Assembly: GCA_964429275.1 (NCBI GenBank)
Contig: CAYSBJ010000001.1
Coordinates: 265,776 to 329,775, forward strand
Direction: 5' to 3'
DNA: 64,000 nucleotides
DNA from: an uncultured Pseudomonadota bacterium
Lineage (GTDB): Bacteria > Babelota > Babeliae > Babelales > JAUPTZ01
Positions 9,848-18,904 of the stretch are shown here, one piece after another. The translations under genes and the position numbers were made by a program. Every line of letters begins with the position of its first letter. Position 1 is the first letter of the stretch. Under the pieces are notes generated by a model. The model had not been told where the DNA came from. It saw nothing but the letters and a program-made list of their open reading frames with translations, and ran no database searches.

Positions 9848-10240
9848 TTATTTGTTCGTCTGTGATGGGAGCATGCCGGTTGTCAAAAAAGTTTTGATCG
9901 CGGCTGATTTTTCTTCTTTTGTTTGTTCTTTGGGTAGAATGGTTTCGATGGGAAGTTCACTTACTTTTTTACCGTTATGTATCTTGTAAGGATGCTTGTG
10001 GACTGAGTGGGCGGTCTTCGGGCATTTGCAGAAATCGCAGGTGTCCCCTTCGATATGTTTTTGTTTTGCCCTGCATTTTTTGATGTAGATTTCTGCCGTG
10101 CTGATATTGGAAGGGGCTGTGCCGCCAATCAATTCAGTGTTGATGGTATCAACGCAGGGAGTCATGCAGCCGATGCATTCGGGGCTGAGGAGTGATGGGC
10201 TTATGGTTAGCGCTAGAAAAATCAGGTATTTTTTTGACAC
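9848..10240 (-). CDS. Small Cys/His-rich exported protein
   Basis: GTG start with SD aggagg, signal peptide, CxxCxxxC and CxxCxC..H motifs. Confidence 0.7.
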   Translation of the reverse strand: MSKKYLIFLALTISPSLLSPECIGCMTPCVDTINTELIGGTAPSNISTAEIYIKKCRAKQKHIEGDTCDFCKCPKTAHSVHKHPYKIHNGKKVSELPIETILPKEQTKEEKSAAIKTFLTTGMLPSQTNK

Positions 10241-10433
10241 AGGGCCTCCTTGTTCTTTAAAAACGCATATGTTTCTTCCTGCGTGTTGCAGTAGTCTATT
10301 GATCGCTTTTTAATGGAAGATAAGCAGCTGTGTCAATAAAGTAAAGGGCAGGGTCAGCGGGTGTTGAAGGGTAAATGCATCTAAAATAGTGATGTGCTAT
10401 AGCCCTTCGGTGCGCATATTCTCTATGAATGTA

Positions 10434-10468
10434 TGGATTGCCACGCCGCACGGCGGCTCGCAATGACG
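10434..10468. repeat. REP-like palindrome half-copy
   Basis: tggattgccacgccgcacggcggctcgcaatgacg; same family as 5495 and 23594. Confidence 0.75.
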
Positions 10469-10672
10469 CGCAAGAGCGCGTCTCTAAAATTCCTATTTTA
10501 TAGCTCCTCTTGCTACTCGGAAGGGCTATGTTTCTAAACGAATTGGCTAAGCGAGTTAAAAAAGCTCACTGAGCTCGATCGATAGATGTGTTTACCCTGG
10601 CGCGCGCTGCGGTGCTGCAAGCTAAAAAGTGATGTTGTGGAGGATGAAAGAAACTCGATTTTTTTTGAAGAT

Positions 10673-10708
10673 AAAAAAACCGCCAAGTTTTAAAACTTGG
10701 CGGTTTTT
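10673..10708. terminator. Intrinsic terminator downstream of the tRNA-Lys/Glu operon
   Basis: aaaaaccgccaagtttt/aaaacttggcggttttt is a perfect inverted repeat. Confidence 0.85.
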
Positions 10709-10712
10709 ATTT

Positions 10713-10790
10713 TGGCGTCCCCGAGGGGATTCGAACCCCTGTTACTAGAATGAAAATCTAGTGTCCTGGACCAGGCTAGACGACGGGGAC
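10713..10790 (-). tRNA. tRNA-Glu(TTC)
   Basis: Cloverleaf: acceptor GTCCCCG/CGGGGAC, anticodon arm ctaga-ttTTCat-tctag, GGTTCGAATC, encoded CCA. Confidence 0.97.
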
Positions 10791-10812
10791 GCATACATTT
10801 TTAGAACAAATA

Positions 10813-10888
10813 TGGTGAGCCGCGCAGGGATCGAACCTGCGACCCACAGCTTAAAAGGCTGTTGCTCTACCGACTGAGCTAGCGGCTC
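10813..10888 (-). tRNA. tRNA-Lys(TTT)
   Basis: Acceptor GAGCCGC/GCGGCTC, anticodon arm acagc-ctTTTaa-gctgt, GGTTCGATCC, encoded CCA. Confidence 0.97.
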
Positions 10889-10940
10889 CCATTTTTTTCA
10901 ATGCCGCACGCTATTAAGTAGCAGCAAACAACGAGCGCAA

Positions 10941-10969
10941 ATAGTATCGCAAACTTAAGAGTCTGTCAA
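10941..10969 (-). promoter_or_regulatory. Sigma70 promoter of the tRNA-Lys/Glu operon
   Basis: On the minus strand TTGACA-N17-TACTAT, about 50 nt upstream of tRNA-Lys. Confidence 0.75.
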
Positions 10970-11000
10970 CAAGAAATGCGTATTTTGGGGGTGAATTGTT

Positions 11001-12854
11001 CTAGTTTCCCCCACTTTTTTCTTTCCCAGCGCTGTAGAGATAGGCTGTTAGCCCGAGAAGAACGCCACTGCCAATGCCAGAACCAAGGCGCCACTTTTGT
11101 AGTGTATTGAGCTGCGCACTTTCCTGTTGGTTTAGGTGACCCTCGTTTTTGAGCTTTTCTTCGAGGCGTACGATGCGTACATGCTGGTAGATAGCAGCCG
11201 CCAAGAGACTAAGGGCTCCCGCGCCGATGCTTCGCCTCGTAAGCGCGCTTTGCTTTTTAGGGTTGGCAGTAGGGTCTTGAGAGGGCTGCTGATGGGCGCC
11301 ATCTTGTATAATGAGATGGGTTGCTGTGGCCGAGGGAGCTGGGCTGAGCAACCGCTTGTCGTTGAGGTTGGCTGTGGCTGTGGGGATTGGGGTTGATTCT
11401 GGGATATTGAGTGGTGCTGGCATCTTTATAGCTTCCCGTGGTGTAAGGAGAGTCGTTGGTGTCAGCTGATTTTCTACAGGGGTTGTGATACGAGTAGGGC
11501 TTTGAGTCGGCGTGGCGGCATCAGTTCGTTCTGGAGCTGGCGTTGGTATCATGACTGAAATAGCCTGTTCTGGTCCCATAACAGTTAGTCTTGCTAGATG
11601 AACTTCCTTTGTCAGAGTGGCGTCAGCAGCTGTGGGGGATGCTGCTGAGACTTTGGCTGGGGGGGGTGTAGGGACGAGGGACTCTTCTTCATCTAGTGTT
11701 TCATTGAAGTTGAAATCATTGAAATCTGATAAATCTGAGGGAGTGCCTTCAGATAGGACAACTTCAATTGACGAAACATCACAGAGGCTGAGAGATTTTG
11801 AGATGTGTTCGTCTTGGGGTGTGTTTGTAGAGGTTTTACTTAAGAAGCTGGTGCCTGAGTCAGTTGAGTCGACGCTTGATACATTGAGAGAGAGGGGTTC
11901 CTTGTTGATTGATGTGAGGGTCGTTTCGTGCAGTGTGGTTGCGAGTGAAAAAGTTAATGGGATTTCTGTTAGACCCGAGTAATCCAGTGAGCTAGTATCG
12001 GTATTTTGGTGCTCGACGGTCGTCATGAAGATAGTGGCTTCTCCAGGGGCGGCGGAGTTTTGAGGAGTCTGTATGTCGATTTCGCCGTTAGAATGATCAT
12101 TTTCTGGTGACGTTGTGAGTGGGGGTGATGCGGTAGTGCTGCTAGCAAGTCCTGGTGTGTTAGCTGGTTCTCGCGTGCTTGGGGTTTCTCCAGGAGCGGG
12201 ACGAACTTTTTCCACAGGCGTAATTTTGCCAGCATAAAAATCTCCCAAGAGGAGTACGGGCGGCGAATTAAACGAGGTGTCCAGAGATGATAGTTCTTCT
12301 GGGGTGGATCCACTGATTTCTGAATTCCTGCTTTCTATTTCTTGTGTTGGAGCTTGTGCTCTCTCGGTTAACAATGATGTGAGCATTGCTTCTTCCTCTG
12401 TATTGAGGCTGCTCTTTTCTCTGTCGTTTTTATCCAGCGACGTATTCGGGTCAAAATCGGTAACGTCAGATAATTCGACTTCATCGGCGGCAGAGGAGTC
12501 GTTTTCGGAGGAGTGGTCGCGTGGAGGCCTTTTTGTAGGGGCGGAGAGTGTTAGGGCGCTGTTGAATAAATTGGTAATACTTGAAAGAGCTTTTTCGAGC
12601 ATGCTCGTAGCTGGCGTTATTGGTTTGATTGCTTGTGTTGCTGGTGCGATAGATTGCGCTGCCGGGCCCACTTGCGTCCGTTTATCTTTCATAAAAGTTG
12701 TCATATCAAAAGATTCGTGTTCGAGCGTTTCGTCCAGAAAAGTGTTTGAATTATTGCTCGATTTTGGTTCACCAGTAGGAGAAAATGTGGGGGAATTTGC
12801 CGCAAAAGATAGTACACATATGAAATTAGATAATAAAAAGATTGATTTTATCAT
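11001..12854 (-). CDS. Exported Ser/Thr/Pro-rich disordered protein with C-terminal hydrophobic hairpin
   Basis: 617 aa with a signal peptide and long low-complexity body; two Gly-rich hydrophobic helices at the C-terminus. Confidence 0.75.
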   Translation of the reverse strand: MIKSIFLLSNFICVLSFAANSPTFSPTGEPKSSNNSNTFLDETLEHESFDMTTFMKDKRTQVGPAAQSIAPATQAIKPITPATSMLEKALSSITNLFNSALTLSAPTKRPPRDHSSENDSSAADEVELSDVTDFDPNTSLDKNDREKSSLNTEEEAMLTSLLTERAQAPTQEIESRNSEISGSTPEELSSLDTSFNSPPVLLLGDFYAGKITPVEKVRPAPGETPSTREPANTPGLASSTTASPPLTTSPENDHSNGEIDIQTPQNSAAPGEATIFMTTVEHQNTDTSSLDYSGLTEIPLTFSLATTLHETTLTSINKEPLSLNVSSVDSTDSGTSFLSKTSTNTPQDEHISKSLSLCDVSSIEVVLSEGTPSDLSDFNDFNFNETLDEEESLVPTPPPAKVSAASPTAADATLTKEVHLARLTVMGPEQAISVMIPTPAPERTDAATPTQSPTRITTPVENQLTPTTLLTPREAIKMPAPLNIPESTPIPTATANLNDKRLLSPAPSATATHLIIQDGAHQQPSQDPTANPKKQSALTRRSIGAGALSLLAAAIYQHVRIVRLEEKLKNEGHLNQQESAQLNTLQKWRLGSGIGSGVLLGLTAYLYSAGKEKSGGN

Positions 12855-13124
12855 GCTTTTTCTTTCTTTTGTTTTTTAATTCTATGAGGATGTGGTCACA
12901 GTATAAAACCAACTGGGCATCGAAAACAACTTTTTTTTGTGAGTGCGCAAAATTAAAATGATTTTTTTGAAACACTTGCGAGTGTTTTGTCTCCGAGTAT
13001 GCAACAAAAGCGTTCTCTAGTTAGGCCTCTTTTCTCAGCAGATCTTTCCCAACCATTGCTGCTCTTTTCTCCCTTTGCTACGCTGTGCTTCATTACAAGG
13101 TCATTTTTGAAAAATGTTGGGCGC

Positions 13125-14903
13125 ATGGTAAAAAAAAGCATTGCAGATTTGTTAGTAGAGCTGAAGGCGGTCGGCGCGAGTCAGATTTCTTCGTTAGTTG
13201 AGGGGGAAAAGATTTCTTCCGAGCGCGTGGGGGATGTGCTGGTTGAGCGTAAGCAGCTTGATGCACGGATTCTGAGCAAGGCTCTTGCCTTGCAACGAGA
13301 GCTTCCATTCCTTGATGCCATTACTGAGCAGATGGCAGATAATACACTTCTGAGTAAGGTACCGCTTAAATTTTTGCGTAAGCATCGCGTCATTCCCATT
13401 GTGTACGAAGGAGAGCGTTGCATAGCGACTTACGATCCGCGTGAAGTACAGCCATTGGACGACTTGGCTCTGCTTTTACCCGGTATTCATCAGCACATAG
13501 TGGTGCCAGAAGATGTTATTTTTGAGTCCATTAACCGTTATTATCCGCTGGAAACAAGCCAAGAAATGATGGACGAACTTAAGGACGAAAGTTCATCCGA
13601 TCTGAATCTTGGAGAGATAGAAGAAAAAGATATTATGGAAATGGCCAATGACGCTCCAATTGTGAAGTTGGTAAACCATTTGCTTTTCCAGGCAGTTAAG
13701 GACGGGGCTTCGGACATTCATATCGAAGCGTTTGAAAAAGAGCTTCGAGTGCGGTATCGCGTTGACGGTGTGATGGTGGTCAAAATGAGTCCGCCAAAGC
13801 GTTATTTGGGAGCAATTGTTTCTCGTCTTAAGATCATGTCTAACCTCAATATTGCGGAAAAGCGGATTCCGCAGGACGGTCGTATCCAGATTAAGGTTGC
13901 CAACAAAGCGTTCGATATTCGGGTTTCTATTCTTCCCTGCAACTTTGGTGAGCGGGTGGTAATGCGTCTGCTGGATAAAACTAAAGGAGCGGTGCCGCTG
14001 GATAAACTTAATATGAGCGCCCATAACTATGACATTTTGCGCAAAGTTATTGAGCGACCAAACGGGATTATTTTGGTTTCTGGGCCGACTGGTTCTGGTA
14101 AGACGAGTACATTGTACGCTATTCTCAACCACCTGAATCAACCTGATGTCAACATTATTACGGTAGAAAATCCAGTTGAATATACTATTACCGGTATTAA
14201 CCAGGTGCAGGTTAATGAAGCGGTCGGCCTTACTTTTGCAGCAGCACTGCGTTCTATTTTGCGACAAGATCCAGACATTGTGCTTATCGGTGAAATTCGC
14301 GATAAGGAAACGGCGCGTATTGCAACAGAAGCGGCGCTGACCGGTCACTTAGTGCTCAGCACAATTCATACCAACAGTGCGCCAGCGACCGTTACCCGTA
14401 TGATTGATATGGGAATTGAACCATTTTTGGTTTCTTCGGCCCTTAATTGTGTGATATCGCAACGTTTGATTCGGCGATTGAATCAAAAAACGAAGAAGCC
14501 AATGCAGCCAACGCCTGAGCTTATTGCTCGTCTCGGGATGACTACTGAACAAGCCCAGAAAACCACTTTTTATGAAGCAGCTCCTACGGATACACCGGGT
14601 GATACCGGATATCAAGGGCGGTTGGCAGTACATGAAGTCATGCTTATTAATGAAGAAATGGCTCGTCTTATTATTGATGGGGCCGATGCAAATGCCATTA
14701 AAGATCTTGCGGTTAAGCAGGGGATGATTCCATTGATGGGAGATGGTGTGCGGTGTATTGAGCTTGGGCTTACTTCTCCAGAAGAGGTCTTGTCGGTTGC
14801 CTATGTTGAAGAAGCGGCTGACAAAGATGAACCGAAAAAAGGTGAGGCGGCAACAAAAGATGAGGGGGCGAGTAAGGGTGGTCCGGCAAAACCAAAAAAA
14901 TAA
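13125..14903 (+). CDS. gspE: Type II secretion / type IV pilus assembly ATPase (GspE/PilB family)
   Basis: ASDIHIE, RYRVDG, RIPQDGR, Walker A GPTGSGKT, LRQDPD..LIGEIRD, ALTGHLVLSTIH. The start is probably ATG 13125. Confidence 0.92.
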   Translation: MVKKSIADLLVELKAVGASQISSLVEGEKISSERVGDVLVERKQLDARILSKALALQRELPFLDAITEQMADNTLLSKVPLKFLRKHRVIPIVYEGERCIATYDPREVQPLDDLALLLPGIHQHIVVPEDVIFESINRYYPLETSQEMMDELKDESSSDLNLGEIEEKDIMEMANDAPIVKLVNHLLFQAVKDGASDIHIEAFEKELRVRYRVDGVMVVKMSPPKRYLGAIVSRLKIMSNLNIAEKRIPQDGRIQIKVANKAFDIRVSILPCNFGERVVMRLLDKTKGAVPLDKLNMSAHNYDILRKVIERPNGIILVSGPTGSGKTSTLYAILNHLNQPDVNIITVENPVEYTITGINQVQVNEAVGLTFAAALRSILRQDPDIVLIGEIRDKETARIATEAALTGHLVLSTIHTNSAPATVTRMIDMGIEPFLVSSALNCVISQRLIRRLNQKTKKPMQPTPELIARLGMTTEQAQKTTFYEAAPTDTPGDTGYQGRLAVHEVMLINEEMARLIIDGADANAIKDLAVKQGMIPLMGDGVRCIELGLTSPEEVLSVAYVEEAADKDEPKKGEAATKDEGASKGGPAKPKK

Positions 14904-15420
14904 GCGTTCAGCATTTACCATAATTGAGTGCCTTATTGTTGGGGCACTGGTGTGCACGTTCATTTTTTCTTTTGGTCGCATTAGGCGACTCTACACCGCC
15001 ATGATGGCGGCGGCTTCCGCTGACCATGTGGCGGCAGTATGTCACTATTTAGCCCATTGTGCCCAAGCGCGAGGGGTAATTACGACGCTTCGCATTGCCG
15101 GCGAAAATCGTTATATGATCGATGATGGGAACATGGTAAGGGCTTACACGTTGCCAGGCCGTGTGCGATGGGGTGCTGGTGCCGAAGTATATGGGCCACC
15201 GCTGCGGCCAGCCGAATTGATAACAAGTGCTGTTGTCGGTGGGGAGGCTGATGCTGATGGTGTTAATATTAAGTGGTCAGAGACTGGTGCTCATACGCCT
15301 GGAACGATTTATCTTCATCAAGGGGAAGATTGTTACGCTGTTAGTCTTCCGCGCGCAGTTGATGGTGTTGCCCATGCCTATGCCTGGCGCAATCGTGAAT
15401 GGATTACGCGGACGCGCTAA
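14878..15420 (+). CDS. Pseudopilin / minor pilin (GspH/FimT-like)
   Basis: Basic leader followed by a prepilin-like motif SA|FTIIE and a hydrophobic helix; overlaps the gspE end. The GTG start at 14878 is inferred. Confidence 0.65.
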   Translation: MVRQNQKNKRSAFTIIECLIVGALVCTFIFSFGRIRRLYTAMMAAASADHVAAVCHYLAHCAQARGVITTLRIAGENRYMIDDGNMVRAYTLPGRVRWGAGAEVYGPPLRPAELITSAVVGGEADADGVNIKWSETGAHTPGTIYLHQGEDCYAVSLPRAVDGVAHAYAWRNREWITRTR

Positions 15421-15964
15421 TTGATATTTGAGCGCGAAGGTCATTGTTTGTTAGTTGTACTTTGCCTAATTCTGTACGTACTTGATCTCGCTCTAGGCAC
15501 ATTTTTTGTGTTTCGTTTCGCGAATGAGCAAGGTCCTCTTCAAGTTCTGTGATGCGGTCAATATATGACTGCTCAGAAACAAGGGTATTCTGCAGGGAAA
15601 TCATTGATTGTGTTCGTTCTTCAGTAGTGAGCAAAAGTTCCCTGTAGTCACGATATATTTGCGCGAAATTATCCATCGCGGCTACCGTGAGATCAGTAAG
15701 CTCTGCATTCTTTTTTTGGCGCGCGAAGCTCCAGCTTTTGTTGAGAGCTCTTCTGACTGTTTCTGCCGAGCTTTCCATATTCGTGAGGATATCACTCAGT
15801 CCGCTGTCTTGCCGGGGTAGTGATTTAGTGTTTTCATTAGCTCCATCACCTTGTTCACGGGCGGATGCTGTTGCTGTGGTAATACTGATGGTTATCCCAC
15901 TAATCATTATAAACAATTGTGCTAGGTAGCGTAATTTTCTGATACTCATGTTCATTCTCCCCAT
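15404..15964 (-). CDS. Hypothetical exported coiled-coil protein
   Basis: Signal-like N-terminus and heptad-rich C-terminal half. Confidence 0.65.
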   Translation of the reverse strand: MGRMNMSIRKLRYLAQLFIMISGITISITTATASAREQGDGANENTKSLPRQDSGLSDILTNMESSAETVRRALNKSWSFARQKKNAELTDLTVAAMDNFAQIYRDYRELLLTTEERTQSMISLQNTLVSEQSYIDRITELEEDLAHSRNETQKMCLERDQVRTELGKVQLTNNDLRAQISISASA

Positions 15965-16018
15965 TTATAATTGTATCTAATTGCCTGGCTGTATTACAAC
16001 AGTTTGTATTGAGAGGGA

Positions 16019-16978
16019 ATGTTTATGGTGAGGGGACGCTTTTTTTTCTTTTTCTTTTTGTTGTATGGCTTTCTGCTTGCAGCTGAAAATGTTATTCGCG
16101 TTGGGCCGCTTCCGGATCACCTTGAGCCGTTTATTGTTTCACTTATCGATAGTGCGCACACACGCCTTTGGGTTGCGATGTATCGCTTAACTTCTGCGCC
16201 ATGTGTTCATGCTTTGGTGCGGGCAAAGCAGCGGGGCGTTGACGTGCGGGTGGTTCTTGATCGCCAGGTTCTTGGGTTGCCGGTGTATACAGCCGCGCGT
16301 CGGCATTTTGCGCGGGTAGGGATTACTCCTTGGTGGGGCGGCGTCGGGAATTTAATGCATCATAAATGGGCAGTGATTGATAATCGTCTGGTTACCGGAT
16401 CAGCAAATTGGACTCACGCTGGCCTGAATAAGAATCATGAGGTATCTTTTCTTTGCGATAATCCTCTAGTAGTTCAGCGTTATGTGACCCATTTTATTGT
16501 TTTAACGCGGCGCATTTCTGGCCTTGCTGCACTGTCGCCACCATCGGATGGCACTGTTTTTTTTATTCCAGATCATCGGAAAAGCCTCCGTTCTGCACTT
16601 GGCGCTGCTATTGACAAGGCTAGAAGTCGAATTTGCATCGCTATGTATGCATTCACCAGTAAATGGTGTTGGCAAAAAATAATTGCGGCAGCAGTCCGTG
16701 GGGTTATGGTTCGGCTTATCATGGAGCAAAGTCAAATAACCACTCCAGCATATGTTGCACGGGCGCAAAGAGCTGGGGTTAAAGTTAAAAAATATGCCTT
16801 TAATGGTGATGTTTTGCATGATAAATGCGTGATTATTGATGATGAAATGTGGCTTGGTTCTATGAATCTGACTGGTGTTGGTACGAGTAGTAATGAGGAA
16901 AATATCCTGCGAATGCATGAGCCTTTATTGGTGACCAAGGTTGCTACTTGTTTCGATCGACTATTTGATAGTCTCTAG
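16019..16978 (+). CDS. Phospholipase D superfamily protein with two HKD domains (Nuc-like)
   Basis: HHKWAVID...GSANWT...N.E and HDKCVIID...GSMNLT...NEEN; hydrophobic N-terminus. Confidence 0.9.
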   Translation: MFMVRGRFFFFFFLLYGFLLAAENVIRVGPLPDHLEPFIVSLIDSAHTRLWVAMYRLTSAPCVHALVRAKQRGVDVRVVLDRQVLGLPVYTAARRHFARVGITPWWGGVGNLMHHKWAVIDNRLVTGSANWTHAGLNKNHEVSFLCDNPLVVQRYVTHFIVLTRRISGLAALSPPSDGTVFFIPDHRKSLRSALGAAIDKARSRICIAMYAFTSKWCWQKIIAAAVRGVMVRLIMEQSQITTPAYVARAQRAGVKVKKYAFNGDVLHDKCVIIDDEMWLGSMNLTGVGTSSNEENILRMHEPLLVTKVATCFDRLFDSL

Positions 16979-17842
16979 CGGGGTTTTGTTTTTATAAACG
17001 ATCGCTGCTGCCAGGGTTCCAAGTCCGCCGATGGCTGTCCCAGCGGTTGCCTTAATGAGTTTTTTATTGTGCTTGCGGTATTCGGCGTCAAGTTTCAAGT
17101 ATCGTTCGATAAGTGCACGTTCTTGGTCGGAAGTCTTTCTTCGATGAACTTTTCCTTCAATAATTTCTTTCAGCTTTTTTGTGTTTGCGGAACCGAATTC
17201 CTGCATTACTTTGTGACGTAATACATGATGCTGCAATGTCATAATTCCCATAGCGTCATTATGTTTTTTAAGCATGTGTAGACCAATGCCGGTACCGAAA
17301 GCTGAAGCGCCGCCAAGGAGTCCAAGTTTTGTTCCTGGGTTGTGGAAGAGCATATTTTTTACTGATTGTGCAGCGCGATAATCATTTTGAGCGCTGCGGG
17401 AATATTGGCGCTTCAGGGCAACTAAGTCAGGAAGTGTTGGGTTGAGATGTGTTTTTACTGCTGTGTTGAGGTGCGTTATGAGGTTGTTATCTGGATGTTT
17501 TCGGGCAAGGGATTCGAGTTGTGGAGCAACTTTTTTTGCTGCATCGAGGACCTGTTGTTTATCCATGCTACTTTGCCAGAGAGCATTAAGAAAGCTATCT
17601 ATTTGGTCAGCCCGCACGGTGTTGATTGCTAAGGAATCTTTAAATTGTTGGTGAAACTCCAGGATGTGGCCGGTTTTTTTTGCGCGACGCTGATCGGGAT
17701 TGGCGAGCAAGTGCGTAAATTCTTCTTGGTTCATGCTCACCTTTGGTGCGCTGAAGAGATTGGGGGCTGGCGCCTCGGTTCCTAGAAGCCCAGTGGGGAT
17801 GGCGAAAATAAGGGTAATGGCTTTAATGTGCATGCTATTCAT
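16961..17842 (-). CDS. Hypothetical exported protein with Gly-rich hydrophobic segments
   Basis: 293 aa, signal peptide, segments LGLLGGASAFGTGIGL and TAGTAIGGLGTLAAAIVY. Confidence 0.7.
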   Translation of the reverse strand: MNSMHIKAITLIFAIPTGLLGTEAPAPNLFSAPKVSMNQEEFTHLLANPDQRRAKKTGHILEFHQQFKDSLAINTVRADQIDSFLNALWQSSMDKQQVLDAAKKVAPQLESLARKHPDNNLITHLNTAVKTHLNPTLPDLVALKRQYSRSAQNDYRAAQSVKNMLFHNPGTKLGLLGGASAFGTGIGLHMLKKHNDAMGIMTLQHHVLRHKVMQEFGSANTKKLKEIIEGKVHRRKTSDQERALIERYLKLDAEYRKHNKKLIKATAGTAIGGLGTLAAAIVYKNKTPLETIK

Positions 17843-17875
17843 AGATTTTAGTATGCCATTAGCCCTCTTGCTGGC

Positions 17876-18805
17876 TCAAGAGTCGACTGGTTCTTCTACT
17901 AATTTTTGGATTGCAGCGGTGAAATCTTGTGGATATGGGGCAGTGTATGCATATTGTTTGCCTTTGTATTCAAATGCGATTGAGTAGGCATGGAGTGCTT
18001 GTCGCCCTATAAGTGGGCTTGAAGCGCCATAGACGGGGTCCCCAACAATCGGGAATTTCTCGTGAGCGCAGTGAACGCGAATTTGATGAGTACGTCCCGT
18101 TACGATAGTGCATTCCAGCAGAGTTATGTTGTTTGTATAGTAGGTAAGGGCGTTGTAGTGTGTGATAGCAGAGCGTGCGGCTAAGCCATTGATACTCATT
18201 ACGGTGCGATTGCCGGGGTGCCGGCCGATGGGGAGATCGATTGTGCCTTGCCGCGCAGGCCATCCTGCGACCAGTGCATGGTATTTTTTCTCTAGAGATC
18301 GGTTTTTAAAGAGGTTTGCCAAGGCAGTTAATGCTTGGGGGTTGCGCGCTACGAGGATAAGGCCGGAGGTGTCTTTGTCGAGGCGGTGCACAATGCCCGG
18401 GCGTTCATTGCTCTCAAATTGAGAGAATTCTGGGTATTTATGAAGGAGGCCTTGGACCAATGTTTTTGCTTCCGGAGCTGATGTTGCGTGATGGACCATG
18501 AGGCCAGCCGGTTTATTGATAACGAGGAAGTCTTGTTCTTCAGCAAGAATCTCAAATTCTATTGCTTGGGGAGCCAGGGGAAAGAGGGGTGGTTGTGGAA
18601 TGGTGATAGTGATCGTTTGGCCATCAACTACTAGCAGGCTGGGCTTTATAGCTGGGAGGCCGTTCACAGTAACTGCGCCTTCTTTGATAAATGAGGCAAT
18701 TTGGGACCGGGAGTGTTGACCCGCCAAGGCAGTGGTCAAGAATTGGTCAAGGCGCTGCGTATCTTGTTCAGCGCCTACTAAAAACACCAGTGGCAGGGAA
18801 ATCAT
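17876..18805 (-). CDS. rluD: RluA-family 23S rRNA pseudouridine synthase (RluD-like, with S4 domain)
   Basis: RLDQFL...SRS (S4), INKPAGL.VH, catalytic HRLDKDTSG, TGRTHQIRVH, GDPVYG. Confidence 0.9.
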   Translation of the reverse strand: MISLPLVFLVGAEQDTQRLDQFLTTALAGQHSRSQIASFIKEGAVTVNGLPAIKPSLLVVDGQTITITIPQPPLFPLAPQAIEFEILAEEQDFLVINKPAGLMVHHATSAPEAKTLVQGLLHKYPEFSQFESNERPGIVHRLDKDTSGLILVARNPQALTALANLFKNRSLEKKYHALVAGWPARQGTIDLPIGRHPGNRTVMSINGLAARSAITHYNALTYYTNNITLLECTIVTGRTHQIRVHCAHEKFPIVGDPVYGASSPLIGRQALHAYSIAFEYKGKQYAYTAPYPQDFTAAIQKLVEEPVDS

Positions 18806-18904
18806 TACAAAACTCCGGTAATTACTTATCAAATGAAGAATATCTAGGTAGAATGGAGCAATAATACAGCAATAAACTTTCTCTTGCCACCCGAAAGGTG
18901 ACAC

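Noticed and set aside
13593..14981. 251-aa and 210-aa minus-strand ORFs
   Set aside because: Antisense shadows of gspE.
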